Shown in pieces: positions 50,481-62,980 of a DNA stretch of 64,000 nt. Every line of letters starts with the position of its first letter. Position 1 is the first letter of the stretch. The notes under the pieces are model-generated. The model worked only from the letters and a program-made list of their open reading frames with translations. It made no database searches and was not told where the DNA came from. A program made the position numbers and the translations under genes. The DNA is taken from positions 5,970,625 through 6,034,624 of the forward strand of contig JBNZDD010013699.1 in assembly GCA_050575255.1 (NCBI GenBank). Reading direction: 5' to 3'. Source of the stretch: Harriotta raleighana (taxonomy: Eukaryota).

Positions 50481-52772
50481 GTAAAGAATGATTTTCTAAT
50501 TGTTTGTTATTTCATAAATAATCTTCAACGTTATTAACATTGGTACTAAAAGTCCTAAAATTATTTTGAAACAAGCAACCTGTTTTGGCAAAACTAACTA
50601 ATAATGATGTGGTTCCAGTTGGTTATTCTACGTTTGTTAAGTGGAAATTTCTTTGCAGCATTTACAGTACAAGGATCAAAATTTTCTGTCTGCAATTCCT
50701 GCATACTCCTGAAATGTCTATTAAATGTGTGTTTTAGGCATCAAAACATTCTTGATATTAAAAAGAAATCCTGTTCAATTAAATTGACCCAATTTAAAAA
50801 GCTAGGCAGTGAACCATTCTCCAGACAAATGAGGGTGTCTGTCTTATCCCGGTTTTTTAGACCCAAACAATTTAAATTCATGTCTTGGGATAATTATGTT
50901 GATGCTAGTTAGTGCATGATGATATTTACCACATCAAACTGCAATGAGTATCCCGTTTCACCTCTATGGTTAGCATTGGGGAGCAGTACAGAGGCTGATA
51001 TTTCGCCTTGTTCAAATATTTAATCATATGAAAGATAAAAGCATCATTTGGAAACGTGCAGAATAAGAAACCTATTAATATGAGAAGCTGTTTTGCAAAC
51101 ATGCAATGCTTTGCCATGAATGAATTTTCCTTTGGAAACCATTTCCATATTTACAAAGGAATTGGATGAACATTTGAAAAGGAAACCTGTAAAAGAATAT
51201 CAGGAATATAAGAAGTTAGCTCCAGTGGGTGATCTGGCACAAGTTTAGGCTTGACAATCTGAATTGGCCCATCTGATAGTATAATCTTTATTATTCTATT
51301 GTTTTTAGATTTGATCAAAACATTTATTGATGAAGCAATATCAATATGTGATGAGTATTGCCAAATTATAAAAAGCTGTGATATTTTCACTTAGGACCAA
51401 AATTTTAAACATAAGAATTCAATAAAGATAATAATTCATCGGTGTTATCAGATCTATTCAGCTGATAGTTTTCCATTTAATCTCAGATGTTTGGGGAATA
51501 TATTTGACACATTTCATACCGAACAGATGTGCACTTTGAGTGCTCAAAATTCCTCGTTTTAATCCGATCCATGTTTCAATTTTATAATAAAAAATACTTT
51601 TTAAGCATTTACTGTACATCCCTCTTGTCACAATTCAAAGTCTTAGCAGAGTTTGATGCCCCAAACTGTTAGCAAAAATATAATAAGTTTAGCACATTCC
51701 AGCCAACATCTGGTACTGCTATCTTTCCATTAATAAAAAAAACTTAACAGTGGCTAGCCTGACTTCAAGTAAAAACTCCCACCTAAGCAACCTTTGGAAC
51801 ATTTAGAGGATAAGCATGGTCTAATTACAATCTTACTGCATTGTATCTTATTGTCCTTATTTCACCAGCGCTATTTAGGGTTGAATACCAAATCTTGTAT
51901 AGTGATAACTTGTATTTTATTTCATATATAATGGTCTTCTCTGTGCACTTCTTTTGTGAAACTTTCACTACAACTTAATGAAACGCAATATCAAATGCAA
52001 GGATTGTTTTTTCTAATTACAATTGTAGTCACAGTGATGGACATTCTTTAATGCAAATTGCGACGGTTCTCACTTCTTGATGTACGTGCAAATTTTATTA
52101 ATGCTTTCGTACTAAGTGACCACTGCTTCTCTCCTAACCCTGTCAGTGTGAGTCCCTATTTTAAAGTAGACTCAACCAAGTCAGAGTCACATAACGACAG
52201 GTATTCTCAGTTAACCCCAATGCCCAATAAATGGAATGTCTAACTGGAGTCTAATCGCACTATTAAATCTTCGATGTTGCTAACAACCCTCCAAAGTGCA
52301 TACTCCTTTCTTGTCTAGATGCTACTATAGAGACTCAAGGATACAATCAGTAGAAACAATAGCACTTTGTTAAAACTTAGTTAAAATCAGCCGTAGGCTA
52401 AAATGCATATAAAAAATCTAACAATGGAAGATATACAACAATTGGAGATAACAATCACACAAAACTATAACAACTGGCAGCGCAATACTACATTAGTGAA
52501 GAAATATAAAACCAACTCTGACTGTACAGTAGTCCTGTAGACACCACGTACAATCTGAAATTTCCCAGAACCCATTTAAAGGGGCAGGCTTCCCCATTTC
52601 CCTTAAATAATATATAGGTATCCATCCATACTATTTACTGCAAAAGACTGCAAGAATGGGATAACCATGACAAATTGTGCATCTAGAAAATCTTCTTTAT
52701 ATTTGAAACAACTTTATTTCTAAATTGAGAGTGAGTTTTGAATATTTCTGAAGACTATTTATTGTACTCCAG

Positions 52773-52928
52773 ATAAATCTGTCCACACATTGTGGTTTCA
52801 TGGGCGGTTTGCAGCGGAATGGCAGTACAGGACAAACTGCACCATACTATGCTACCTCTACTGTGGAAGTCATCTTCCATGTTTCCAGCAGAATGCCATC
52901 AGACTCAGATGATTCAATAACAAAAAAG
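52773..52928 (+). CDS. RALGAPA2: RALGAPA2 exon, GAP domain ([20 protein letters not shown]...SITKK)
   Basis: ctccag / AAG|gtaaag, 156 nt. Confidence 0.97.
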
Positions 52929-55230
52929 GTAAAGTGATCAATGAATGTTGAGTAAATTATCCTGAAATATATTACTCCAGTTGGCTTTGTAAGAATGAAG
53001 AATGTAAACTAGCAAATAATGAATTTGACGGCCTTGCCTAAAATTATTTTAATGTGTATCTACATGAATTCAAGGAAATGGAAGTGATAGCAGAATTGGA
53101 AATGAAGCATTTGTTCATCCTTCAATACTAACTACTGTATGATGCATGATTAAAAAAAAATCAGATGTGAAACAGTGATCTTGCTTCATAGTCTAACAGT
53201 ATTCCTTAACTTGAGCCTCAGGTGAATATTTCCTAGTGTGGTTTAAAACTGAAAGTTTGTTTTTCTGCAGTCTTTTTATACTGCTTCATCTACATTTTCA
53301 GGTCCAATTATTGCCAACAACATTTAAATTTTGCACCATGACAGAAGGGTTTTATATAACAACAAAATTACACTTGTATAGCGCCTTTCACGTCAGGAGG
53401 ACGTCCCAAGGCGCGGGACAGTCACTGTGTCAGACCCGAGCTGAGGATGGGGGAGGGAGGCAAGGGGGGTATTTAGGAGTTGCCGATGGGACGTGGCAAT
53501 TGTTAACAGATTTAATAAATAAACTACATTAGCCGAGTTGTGGTAACTCCACTCCAATTATAATCTACTTTGGAACATAATTCCTGCATGTTCTTATGCT
53601 TGTTGATTACTTGAGGAGTCTTCACTCAATTTCCTAATCCAGGACTATTGTTAAAATTGATCAATTTGAATCCCTAGAAAGGCTGTTTTTTTTGCAGTTA
53701 AATCAATGATGCTTTCTTCTTGGCAATGGGGAAGCTTGCTTCAAAATTGTGTGCACACACACTTTATCGAATTACAAATGAGAGGGTACTTGATTTAGCA
53801 AAAGAGAAAAAATTACAAGCCTTATCGTAATGATAAAAATCACTTATTGTGGGTTCATTTATTCAGGAGTTTCATTGAAAATTGTTGGGATGAAAACATT
53901 AATGGCAATTGATCAACAGGCTGAGTAAGAAGAATGTAACTGAATGATATGATACAATAGGCCTGTGTAACACTCAGGGGCTGATGAAATCTACCTGTGT
54001 TGAGACCAGACAGCACAGAGTTCTCTGTTTATCAAGAAGAAATGGAACAGGCAAGAGCTGCATTCTTTTGTTTAAAAGAAAAATCTTCATATGGATTTTA
54101 ATGTCATACTAATGAATTCATGAGCACACTTTGCTAAAAATTAATCAGCTATGGTTTTGAGTGGGGGATCCTAGAAAGGCACAATGTACATTGACAGGCT
54201 CTTAGCTAGAATAAACGTTTTGTTCCATACTGAATATGCCATGATAGAGGTAATCACATAATCTAATCTTCCTGCTGACACTGCAATTATTGTTTTATTA
54301 CATCCAAATGCATAATTTTTAAAGCATCTAGATAAGTGACCAGAAATGCCCAGCAGAGTAACTAGTCTGCTCGTACCTAGGAAACCTTTCAACTTAAAGT
54401 AGTGGCAGCTACAAATTAGTTGAATTAATTAATCATTAACTGTTGTGATGTTTACTTTTGCAATGCATTTGGAAGAAAACCAACATGCTATTATCTGTTG
54501 TCAGGCTAGAAATATGGTGTGAGAATATTCCCTTCTAATGAGTGTTCTGGTAACTTCAATGAAAATAAAATCATCAGGTCATGGCCTTAAGGTCTGGCTG
54601 TACTTGCATATTGGAAGCTCAGTGTACTTGACTTAACTCAGTCTAATGTATAAAGTGGATTTGCAAATCTTGTACAACATTGGTCAAAGAATTTTCTGAA
54701 CCTTTTTTTGTGGTTCGTATTGACTTGAAAGAGAGTCTGAATCTCAGAACACTGTGCAGTATGTGTCTGTCACTCCAACAATGCTATTGTGAACAATGAA
54801 GAAAGATTTTGACTATAAATTCATAAAACAGATCAACCATACTTAATTATGTAATGTAAGCATTTTAACTGTACAAAAACTCTTAATTACTTCCTCACTG
54901 TTGAGCTCTGTTATCTGATTTTAAATATCCCCCACCCTCCCAAAAAAAACTAGAGTACATCCTTTCTCTGTATTGTATTCAGCGGTGCAAAAATGCTCAA
55001 ATGTAACACAGCTTTCAACCACAATTTTAAAAATCAATGTTATTATCTTTAATGGATCTTAGCATTTGACATTTTCAAATGGCTAAGCATTTTGAAGTCT
55101 TCCAATTGTATGCTAATACCCTATAAATTGCACAATAAGCCTTCATCTTTTATCTACAAATAGTCATTACATTTCACAATGTTTTAGATATGAATCCCTT
55201 TGAACCAATTTATTGACATAGCATGCATTT

Positions 55231-55400
55231 AATAATAAGAATCTTTGCATTTGATGTAGCACTTTATCACGTCATCTAAACATCTCAAAATGCTAACAAC
55301 TGTAAAGTGAATTGAATATCTTTGCGGGCGAAATGCAGAAGCTAATGTGCATAGCAGTGTCCCAAAATTGTTGTGGATTGAAATGACCAATTTATTTTTG
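55231..55400 (-). mobile_element. SINE 3' half
   Basis: aataataagaatctttgcatttgat...gcgggcgaaatgcag. Confidence 0.75.
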
Positions 55401-56484
55401 TGTAGGAATTTAGATACTGATTATGGAAATCATTATAAATATTGCTAACTACAACATATAAATGTTAAGTAATATAGTTCAACACTTTACAATTAATTTA
55501 TGAAATTTAACAGTTACATTTTAAGTGATGAATTCTTAATAAGCTTTTGTTCTTGCATACTATTTTTAAAATCAGTTTTACCCAACCACAATGTTGAACT
55601 GGGGCACTTTTAGTTTTCCTCGTGACTCAACCCACTTATTATATGGGGGTGAAACATAGAATGCAAACCTACATCCTGCAATAGAATTAAAATAATTTCA
55701 ACCAAACTATTTGCATGTGAGCTAAAGAAACAATAAATGTAAGAAATAAAAACATTATTTTGCATTTGAAATAAATTACGATGTGTTTGTGCTTCCTAGA
55801 AAACACAGAAAATAGTTTCTCACCGTATGAACTAGCAACATCCAGGTGTTACAAATCTTCTTGCTACCAGGTTTAGAAATTTAGAATGGGGAGATGCCAT
55901 TAAAGTGCACATCAAAATCGCTTAAGTTTATGATGAGTAGAATTTCATTTAGTGGTACTGTAGTATTATTGTATCACAATTTGAGGAAACTAAGATCTTA
56001 TCTTGTTTAAATTAAAAGTTTGGTATCATTCAATCGCTGTAATTTAAAAACATGCACATTTTATAGTTTTTCAGCAAATTGCTGCATCATGTGTCCCTTT
56101 GAACTCAGAAGCCATTATACTGATTTCCATTATGACTGACATCTAAGACTGACGTCATAGAGAATCTTGTATATTAGATTGTTAATTATATTGTTAATCT
56201 AATTAGGAATTAGATTGTTTGGGAGGTATTAGAATTGGCTGTGTATACAGCTACTTTAGGTCAAATCCCTAAGCATCTTATTATTTATGCTCTTCTACAG
56301 TTTTGTGCACTAAATACTTAGGCAAAAAAAATGTTTAAGCGATAGCTCACATGATAGCAGAACAATATTCTTTAATCCAGATTAGTTGGTCAGTCACCTC
56401 ATGGCTGTTTTTCTGATATCTGGAACACTCATTGGAATTCTTCCCAAGTCCATTTGCTTCACCTTCAAAATCAAAATCAAGGCT

Positions 56485-57068
56485 AGAAAATGGAAACTCC
56501 CTCTTTGTTGGTCTTCCCAGTTCTTCCCTTCACAAGCTGCATATCATCCAGAACTCTGCAGTTCGTGTCCTTTCACAAACTAAGATCCACGGCCATATCA
56601 CTCCCACCCTCGCTCAGCTCTATTGGCTCCCCATCCCCCAGAGGATCGAATTCAAAATCCTCATCCTCACTTTCAAGCTCATTAATGGCCTTTCCCCTTC
56701 TTATCTCTCCAACCTACTGGCTCCCTATCTACCTGCCCGCCTCCTCCATTCAGCGGGCTCCAGTCTGCTCCATGTCTCCCACCCAATCCACCCTGTCATT
56801 GATGGCCAGGCTTTCAGTCTCTCTGCCCCCACACTCTGGAACTCCATCCCACAGTCCCTTCATCTCGCTTTCTCCCTTGCCTCCTTGAAGGCTGGTCTCA
56901 AGACCCTCCTTTTCAATTGTTCCTTCTGCCGCCCTCCCACCTCTCTCCTTTCCCTTCCCCCCTACCCAGTCCCTCTCCTGTGCTCGGGTCCTGACCCCTG
57001 ACTGTTTAACGTCTTGGGATGTCCTCCCAACATGAAAGGCTCTCTATAATTGTAATTTTGTTGTTGTT
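56485..57068 (+). mobile_element. L2 LINE 3' fragment
   Basis: NSLFVGLP..LHIIQNSAVR..HITPTLAQLYWLPIPQRIEFKIL..AFS.SAPTLWNSIP; hairpin and (TTG)n tail. Confidence 0.93.
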
Positions 57069-57253
57069 GAGTCAGTTGCTTTGTGTGAAAGTTTCTATAT
57101 CAATGCAAATTGTTTTATTTGTGGAGCTTGCTGGCACAAATGGCTGCCATGCTTGCTTATAAAAACAAGTCAATGAACTCTACAATAATTGTTTGTTCCC
57201 ATGACAGAGATCGGCTCTCGTGTGAGGCACTGAAATAACATTGAAATATAATA

Positions 57254-57603
57254 CAGTAAAACCTCGTTCATCCGTGACCCGATCAACTGGATTGCTCGAC
57301 CCCCTCCCAGGGCAATTCCCCATTCCAGAATCGCGAGTTTGCTCACTTTGCGCATGCGCACTTAGTAAATGAAAGAACTTGAGTTTTTTACCGATCAGTA
57401 AAAAATGCTATTTTACCGATTTTTTTCCCGACTGTGCTGAAATGCTTTATTGGTACAATATTCTGTTACTATGTAGTGTATTATTAACATGGTATGTTTT
57501 AAAATAAGTTCATTTTTTATGTTGGGTTTTCGGCAACTTGTCCCCCGTTTATCCGGCAATTAGTCAACTCCCCCGAGCGTGCCGGATAAACAAGGTTTTA
57601 CTG
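57254..57603. mobile_element. Tigger-like MITE
   Basis: TA|cagtaaaacctcgttcatccg ... cggataaacaaggttttactg|TA; internal TGCGCATGCGCA. Confidence 0.88.
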
Positions 57604-57639
57604 TAATAGACTTTGCACTATTCTCAAATTGTAATTGCA

Positions 57640-58018
57640 CTTGTAGATTAAAGCGGCAGCTAATTTGCATACCGCATTTCCAACAAACAACCATAAAATG
57701 AATGATTTAAATGGATAATTGTTGGGCAGGATAAAAGAAGAAACATTCTTTGTTTAAGTGGAGACATGGGATTAATATCTACCTAAACAAAAAACGGGAC
57801 TTTAGTGTCTCATCTGAAAAATTTTAACTCCCAACAATGTAGTACCCAGCGCTCTGGGACATCCTCCCGACATGTAAGGTGCTATACAAGTGTAATTTTG
57901 TTGTTGTTATACTCCGCTGCACTGAAGTGTTTGCTAGCCTATCAGTTCAAAATCTTTAAGTGGGGCTTGAACCCACAACAATCTGAACCAGGGGTGAGAG
58001 TATTACGAATTGAGTCAA
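57640..58018 (-). mobile_element. DeuSINE-like element with a nested L2-hairpin insertion (57848-57909)
   Basis: gtggggcttgaacccacaac (reverse-complement B box), ctgcactgaagtgt, gtctcatctgaaaa. Confidence 0.62.
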
Positions 58019-60015
58019 AGTTTGCACCTGAAAATGCTGATCTTATGCTGTAGTCCTTCAACTCTCACCAAATTTCAGTTGATGCTTTTTTTAAAATGTG
58101 CTGCAAAAACTGCTAAGGTGGTTTGTCATAAAATGTTTAGTACTGTAGTATTGCAGCCCTCATTTTTGTTATGTGCCTCCGACCCCATGCTGAACCCTGT
58201 GCTCTTACAGTAGAAATTTGTTAGCTTTGTTAGATTGGATTTTTAGCAGCTAATCTTACCGCGACAGGGGTTGCAAGCTGTGACAGAACTGTGCTATTGG
58301 ATTTGTACAATTCATTTGGCTCCAAGAACTGTAATTGCACTCATGTCTTACAAGGCTTTTTTAGCCTGAGGCAGGACGAGAGCAGGAAAACAAATTGGCA
58401 GGGTTACAGTGAGAATGGAGCAGAATGAAAGGCACACATTATCAGTCTCCAGGCATTGCTATTCTGGCAGGAAGTTTCTTGGTTAATTTACAAATAAAAC
58501 TCAGTTTTTGAGGAAGAGTGCACTGTAGCACAAACAAAGGGGTGGTCAGGCTTCAGAGTGACTGAATAACAGGGCAACCATGCCTACTTGACAGCAGGAA
58601 TTTTTCAATCAAATTGACGACTCCATACTTGAGCCAGCTGGCTTTATAATGCAATTAACAGGAGAGGTCAGGCGCTTGGGCATGGTGCCTTGACCAGTGA
58701 CATGAATAGTTTGATAGCCACCCGGCTCACAGCCGGCAGAATAGCAGCATTAGTAAATGGATTTCTGTGGCACGCGACTGATCAAACAAGGATTCCGATT
58801 TTTTTTTTAAGTTCAGCAAAATTTATCTCAGAAGATTTGTGAAGCAGACCAACAGCCTAGCCTTTAAATAGTCAACATAAGGTGAATTGTATTTTGATTA
58901 AAACATGATTAAAGAACCAGTGTTTATTTACATTAAATGAAAATAAAGTGGATGAACTAATCTCCACTGAGCAGCAGTTGGGGTACCACAGTTAATCTCA
59001 AATCCTGAATGAAGAAGAAGAAAAAAAATTGGGCAGGATTTTGAAGCCTGCAATATATTCTATCTATGTAAAAGATGCAATATAAATGCAAGTTGTTGCT
59101 TTTACTCCTTGCTGGTAGTATGTAGGTGTGAAAGCACAGGTTCAAACTTATTATTACCTGCAGACAAATAACCTACAGATCCTCATGCAAGAAGAATAAT
59201 TTGCACTTGATTGGGTTTTAGCGCTGTCGGTAAAAATTATTGTCTATAAATTGATGAGATTAATGAAAAAAGTGAAATGGGGTGACTGGTGGGATCCAGT
59301 TATTGAGTGTTGGTACCAAATCAGTTTCTATATTTTTCAACAATGGAGTTGTCATGCAGGTAATGCCATTTTGATGATATTGCTACTGGGTGTAACTTAA
59401 TCAACTCCAAGCATCTATCATTTACATGCTAGGATTGAATGGCTTGAAGATCAAAGTAGGGCCCTTAAAGTGTTTTATAATAAACCTCACATTTCTTTAA
59501 CGGTCAGCACACTGTGACATACTTTCAAATAAAAATTGGAAATGAAAAATTAGTTAGAAAGAAGTTTACAGTTCAGCTTTATTAAGTGTCTTAATTTCCG
59601 ATAAACAAATCACTGCTTGGACATTTGATAGTTATGCATGTGTGCATACAACAAGGATAAAGTCAATTTATTTTCAATATTTCAGGCCCAGAGATCAAAT
59701 TATTGTTATTAAAATATTCATAATTGTACTATTGAACATTTTGACTGAATACAACACACCTTGGGACGTTCTTCCGATATGAAGAGCACTATATAAATGT
59801 AATTTTGTTGTTGTTGTTCAGATTTGCAAATTAAAGTGCCCAAATTATGCATCGAACCTTGAAAACCATTGTCCTGGAGAATTGATCCCTCTTTTGTATA
59901 GAATTTGATGAAATCTAATTGAAACCTTTACTATGGTAAAATCAATCTAGATTCATTCGTATTAATAAGTGCATTACATCCCAACAATTAATCAAGAGCC
60001 AATTTGTCATTGCAG

Positions 60016-60174
60016 CTTCGTCACCTGGGGAATGATGAAATTCACATTATCTGGTCTGAGCATACAAGGGACTACCGCAGTGGGATTATTCCTACGGATT
60101 TCGGCGATGTTTTGATCATCATCTATCCAATGAAAAATCACATGTTTTACATACAGATTTTCAAGAAGCCAGAA
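60016..60174 (+). CDS. RALGAPA2: RALGAPA2 exon, GAP domain with catalytic Asn thumb ([16 protein letters not shown]...KKPE)
   Basis: ttgcag / GAA|gtaagt, 159 nt; KKLRHLGND motif of the Rap1GAP/TSC2/RalGAP family. Confidence 0.97.
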
Positions 60175-62943
60175 GTAAGTTCAATTTTATTGCGCTTTAT
60201 TGAAAGTTGCATTGTATTGTTGTAACACGTGACTTCCTGAGCTATTCTGTGAAAAATTCTTCCTAAATTTCAAATAAAACGTTTCAATTTTTGATAAAAG
60301 AACTCTCTTTATGCACCACATATCCTCAGTACTGTAAAAAATGTTTCAAAAGAATCATCTTTTTAGTAAATATCTTCCCTCATCCAAATATATTGAGATC
60401 AAATAAATAGGATGGAGCATTCATCTTATTTCTGTCTGGACATGATTGGTTCAGATTATCTTGTACATTTGTCTATGTAACTGTATCTAGACTTCAAAGT
60501 CAAGTGTTTGGTACCTATAGATCTGATGAGGTGTTACAACAAATGAAAGCTTTTTATAATCCATCCTTTGGAATACTGCATAACAACACACCAACTATCC
60601 ATGTATTCTCATATTTTTGGAATTGGGCTAAATGTTTAAATTGTATGTAATTTGATGGTGTGCTGAGAATTGGAAAAACACATGAGTTTCACGTTCTGGA
60701 GGACATCTTTAAACTCATTGCACTGCTGTGCAACAGAGCTGGGTGTGGAAGCCAAACCAGGTGGCAAGGGGAAACATAACCAAAAGAGATGCATCTTGAG
60801 ACAGACTTTGAATGAGGTGAGGGAGAAAATCCGAAGGATAAGAGAGAGAGAAATAAAGACACAGTTAAGTACACGATTAGAGAAAGTCCCAAGCAGAGAG
60901 AAAATTGCAGAGATCCATCCACAATCGCACAAGATTGTTTTGCTGTTTTATTCCCGCGGCACAATGGGCAGATGGTTTAATATTTTTTCCACTGAATGTC
61001 GATCAGTGTACTTCATTTTTTATAAAAATCAGTCTGACACTCAATATTTTGTTTTGTACTCCTAAACTATAATGCTAACCAGGCCTCATTCCTATCTTAA
61101 AGGATCTAAATGCTTCTTCTTGTGTACACATCTACTTTGCCTCCATTTTTGCTTTTGCTAACCATATTTAAATAATTTATAAAACTACCAGGCCTTGAGA
61201 TTTGCAGAAGCCCTCTTACAACACCTTTCCACATTGAAACATTGCAATTTTGACTTTGCCCAAATTCCTATTTGAGACTATTTTCTAACCAGGATTCTAT
61301 TTCCATTCTATACTTCTTTAACCATTAATAGCTGATTAATTGTTTTGGAAAATCTTAAGCATTCAACATGGACTACACAGTTCTATTGTTCAGCAGTTTA
61401 TTTAAACACGACTTCCACTTCCTAAATAATGATGGCTGTCATTCAATGAGCTGTACTTTCCATCAGATCCTTTTAATATAATTAAGTTTATTTCTATATG
61501 ATAAACTGATTAGTTTCCATGATGTGCCTTGACTCTTTTTAAAATAATGGCACTATGTCTCTGGAAACTGGGAATTCTTTTATGCGGCATTCATAAATAT
61601 TAATTTGTTTGTCAATGAAGAGCAAGTTCTGTTTTCAAAATCTGCATCAACTCATCTAACAGATGGCCAGCTACAACTGATGCTTTTTAGTTTGTTGTGA
61701 CTTGGCACTGTGTAAATTCTACCAAATCTTTTGGAAGGTCCAGGAATTGAGGTTCCAGCAGCTTGCACAATCCAGAATGCCTGAAGCAGCAATACATTTT
61801 GCATTTGAGTCCAAAAAACCTGCCGAGTTGGCTCCTAAATGTCCCTCATTCATTCATGCATGAAAAACTGGGGGAGACATATTGCAAAAGACACAGTTTG
61901 CCCAAAATCTCCTTCTCTGACTCCAAGTTTCCAATGACATTCGTGTTTATTTTGGCATCAAAAAAGTGTTGGGCAAGCATATGCAAAAATCTAAACTGTG
62001 AAACATTGAGTTGTTTGTGATCCAGATCAAAATCACTAATTAACCTGAGAGAGAACAATGGGACCAATATTGGACTGAGGCAGTTGAAGGCATGTTGCTT
62101 TGCCATTATTTCATCTGTATGGAATTTGCTATAGTAGGTAAGCACCTGCAAAACCATAATTATTTGGTGTGTTGAAGATGTCATGACCTCCATTAGTGAA
62201 TGTGAATTACAGTATTTATATCAATAAGAAGACTCATCGGAATTGGCAAATGTTGAGTTCAAATCCAGACCCATTGTCCAATAATTATTGCTTTGTTTTC
62301 ATATCTGATACAAAGAATGGATCCAAGGTTTTGAAGACATTGGTTCATTTCCCATCATGAATATTTATGTCAGTTCCACAGTACAGGCCCAGCAAAGTGC
62401 TATACCAAAAGCTGAGCAACAGAAACTTTCAAAATATAGCTACTCATTTTGTCCTCTTATCTTCAATGATCTGGCCTTTCAATAGAATAAGAATTATTTT
62501 ATTCTACCTTTTGCTTCTTGTTTGAGAAAAACTTGGTTTGAACATCCTTGATTTGGTGAAGGGTTTCCTTGTGTATTAGACACCCTGCTGATCTGAAAAA
62601 AACTTTGTTTCTTAAACAAGTTCAATGATCTGGCCTCAATCATCTTTCCGTGGAGAGTCCCAACTGTTGGCTGCCCTCCAATGTGTACAGGAAAAACTTA
62701 TTGGAGGCTGTTCTCAAGCTATCTCACTGCCTTGGTACATCTAATCATCAAGGTATAAGTTATCATAGGTTTTGTTTTACATTTAGCTTAATTGTTGAAT
62801 TCTAAAGTATAGTAGCGAATACAGGACAAAAAAGATTAATGCAAAAAGATGGTATTTTACAAAGTAACAGGTATTTGATTAGAGAATTCGTCTGTGCCTC
62901 CTTCGAGGTTGATATACAATATCCTCCTCCCCATCTTTGTCTT

Positions 62944-62980
62944 CCTGTCTCTCTCTCTCTTTCTCACACACTCACACATT
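62944..62980. repeat. (CT)n/(CA)n microsatellite
   Basis: ctctctctctctttctcacacactcacaca. Confidence 0.7.

Larger units (their letters stand above)
5075..60174 (+). other. RALGAPA2: RALGAPA2 gene, partial (17 internal coding exons; start and stop outside window)
   Basis: Spliced exons form one open frame matching vertebrate RalGAP alpha. Segments such as [33 protein letters not shown] and [28 protein letters not shown] fit alpha-2 rather than alpha-1, as recalled. All junctions are GT-AG with compatible phases. Confidence 0.93.

Noticed and set aside
60520-60550. CTGATGA...GAAA hammerhead-like spacing
   Set aside because: No convincing helix II or III pairing.
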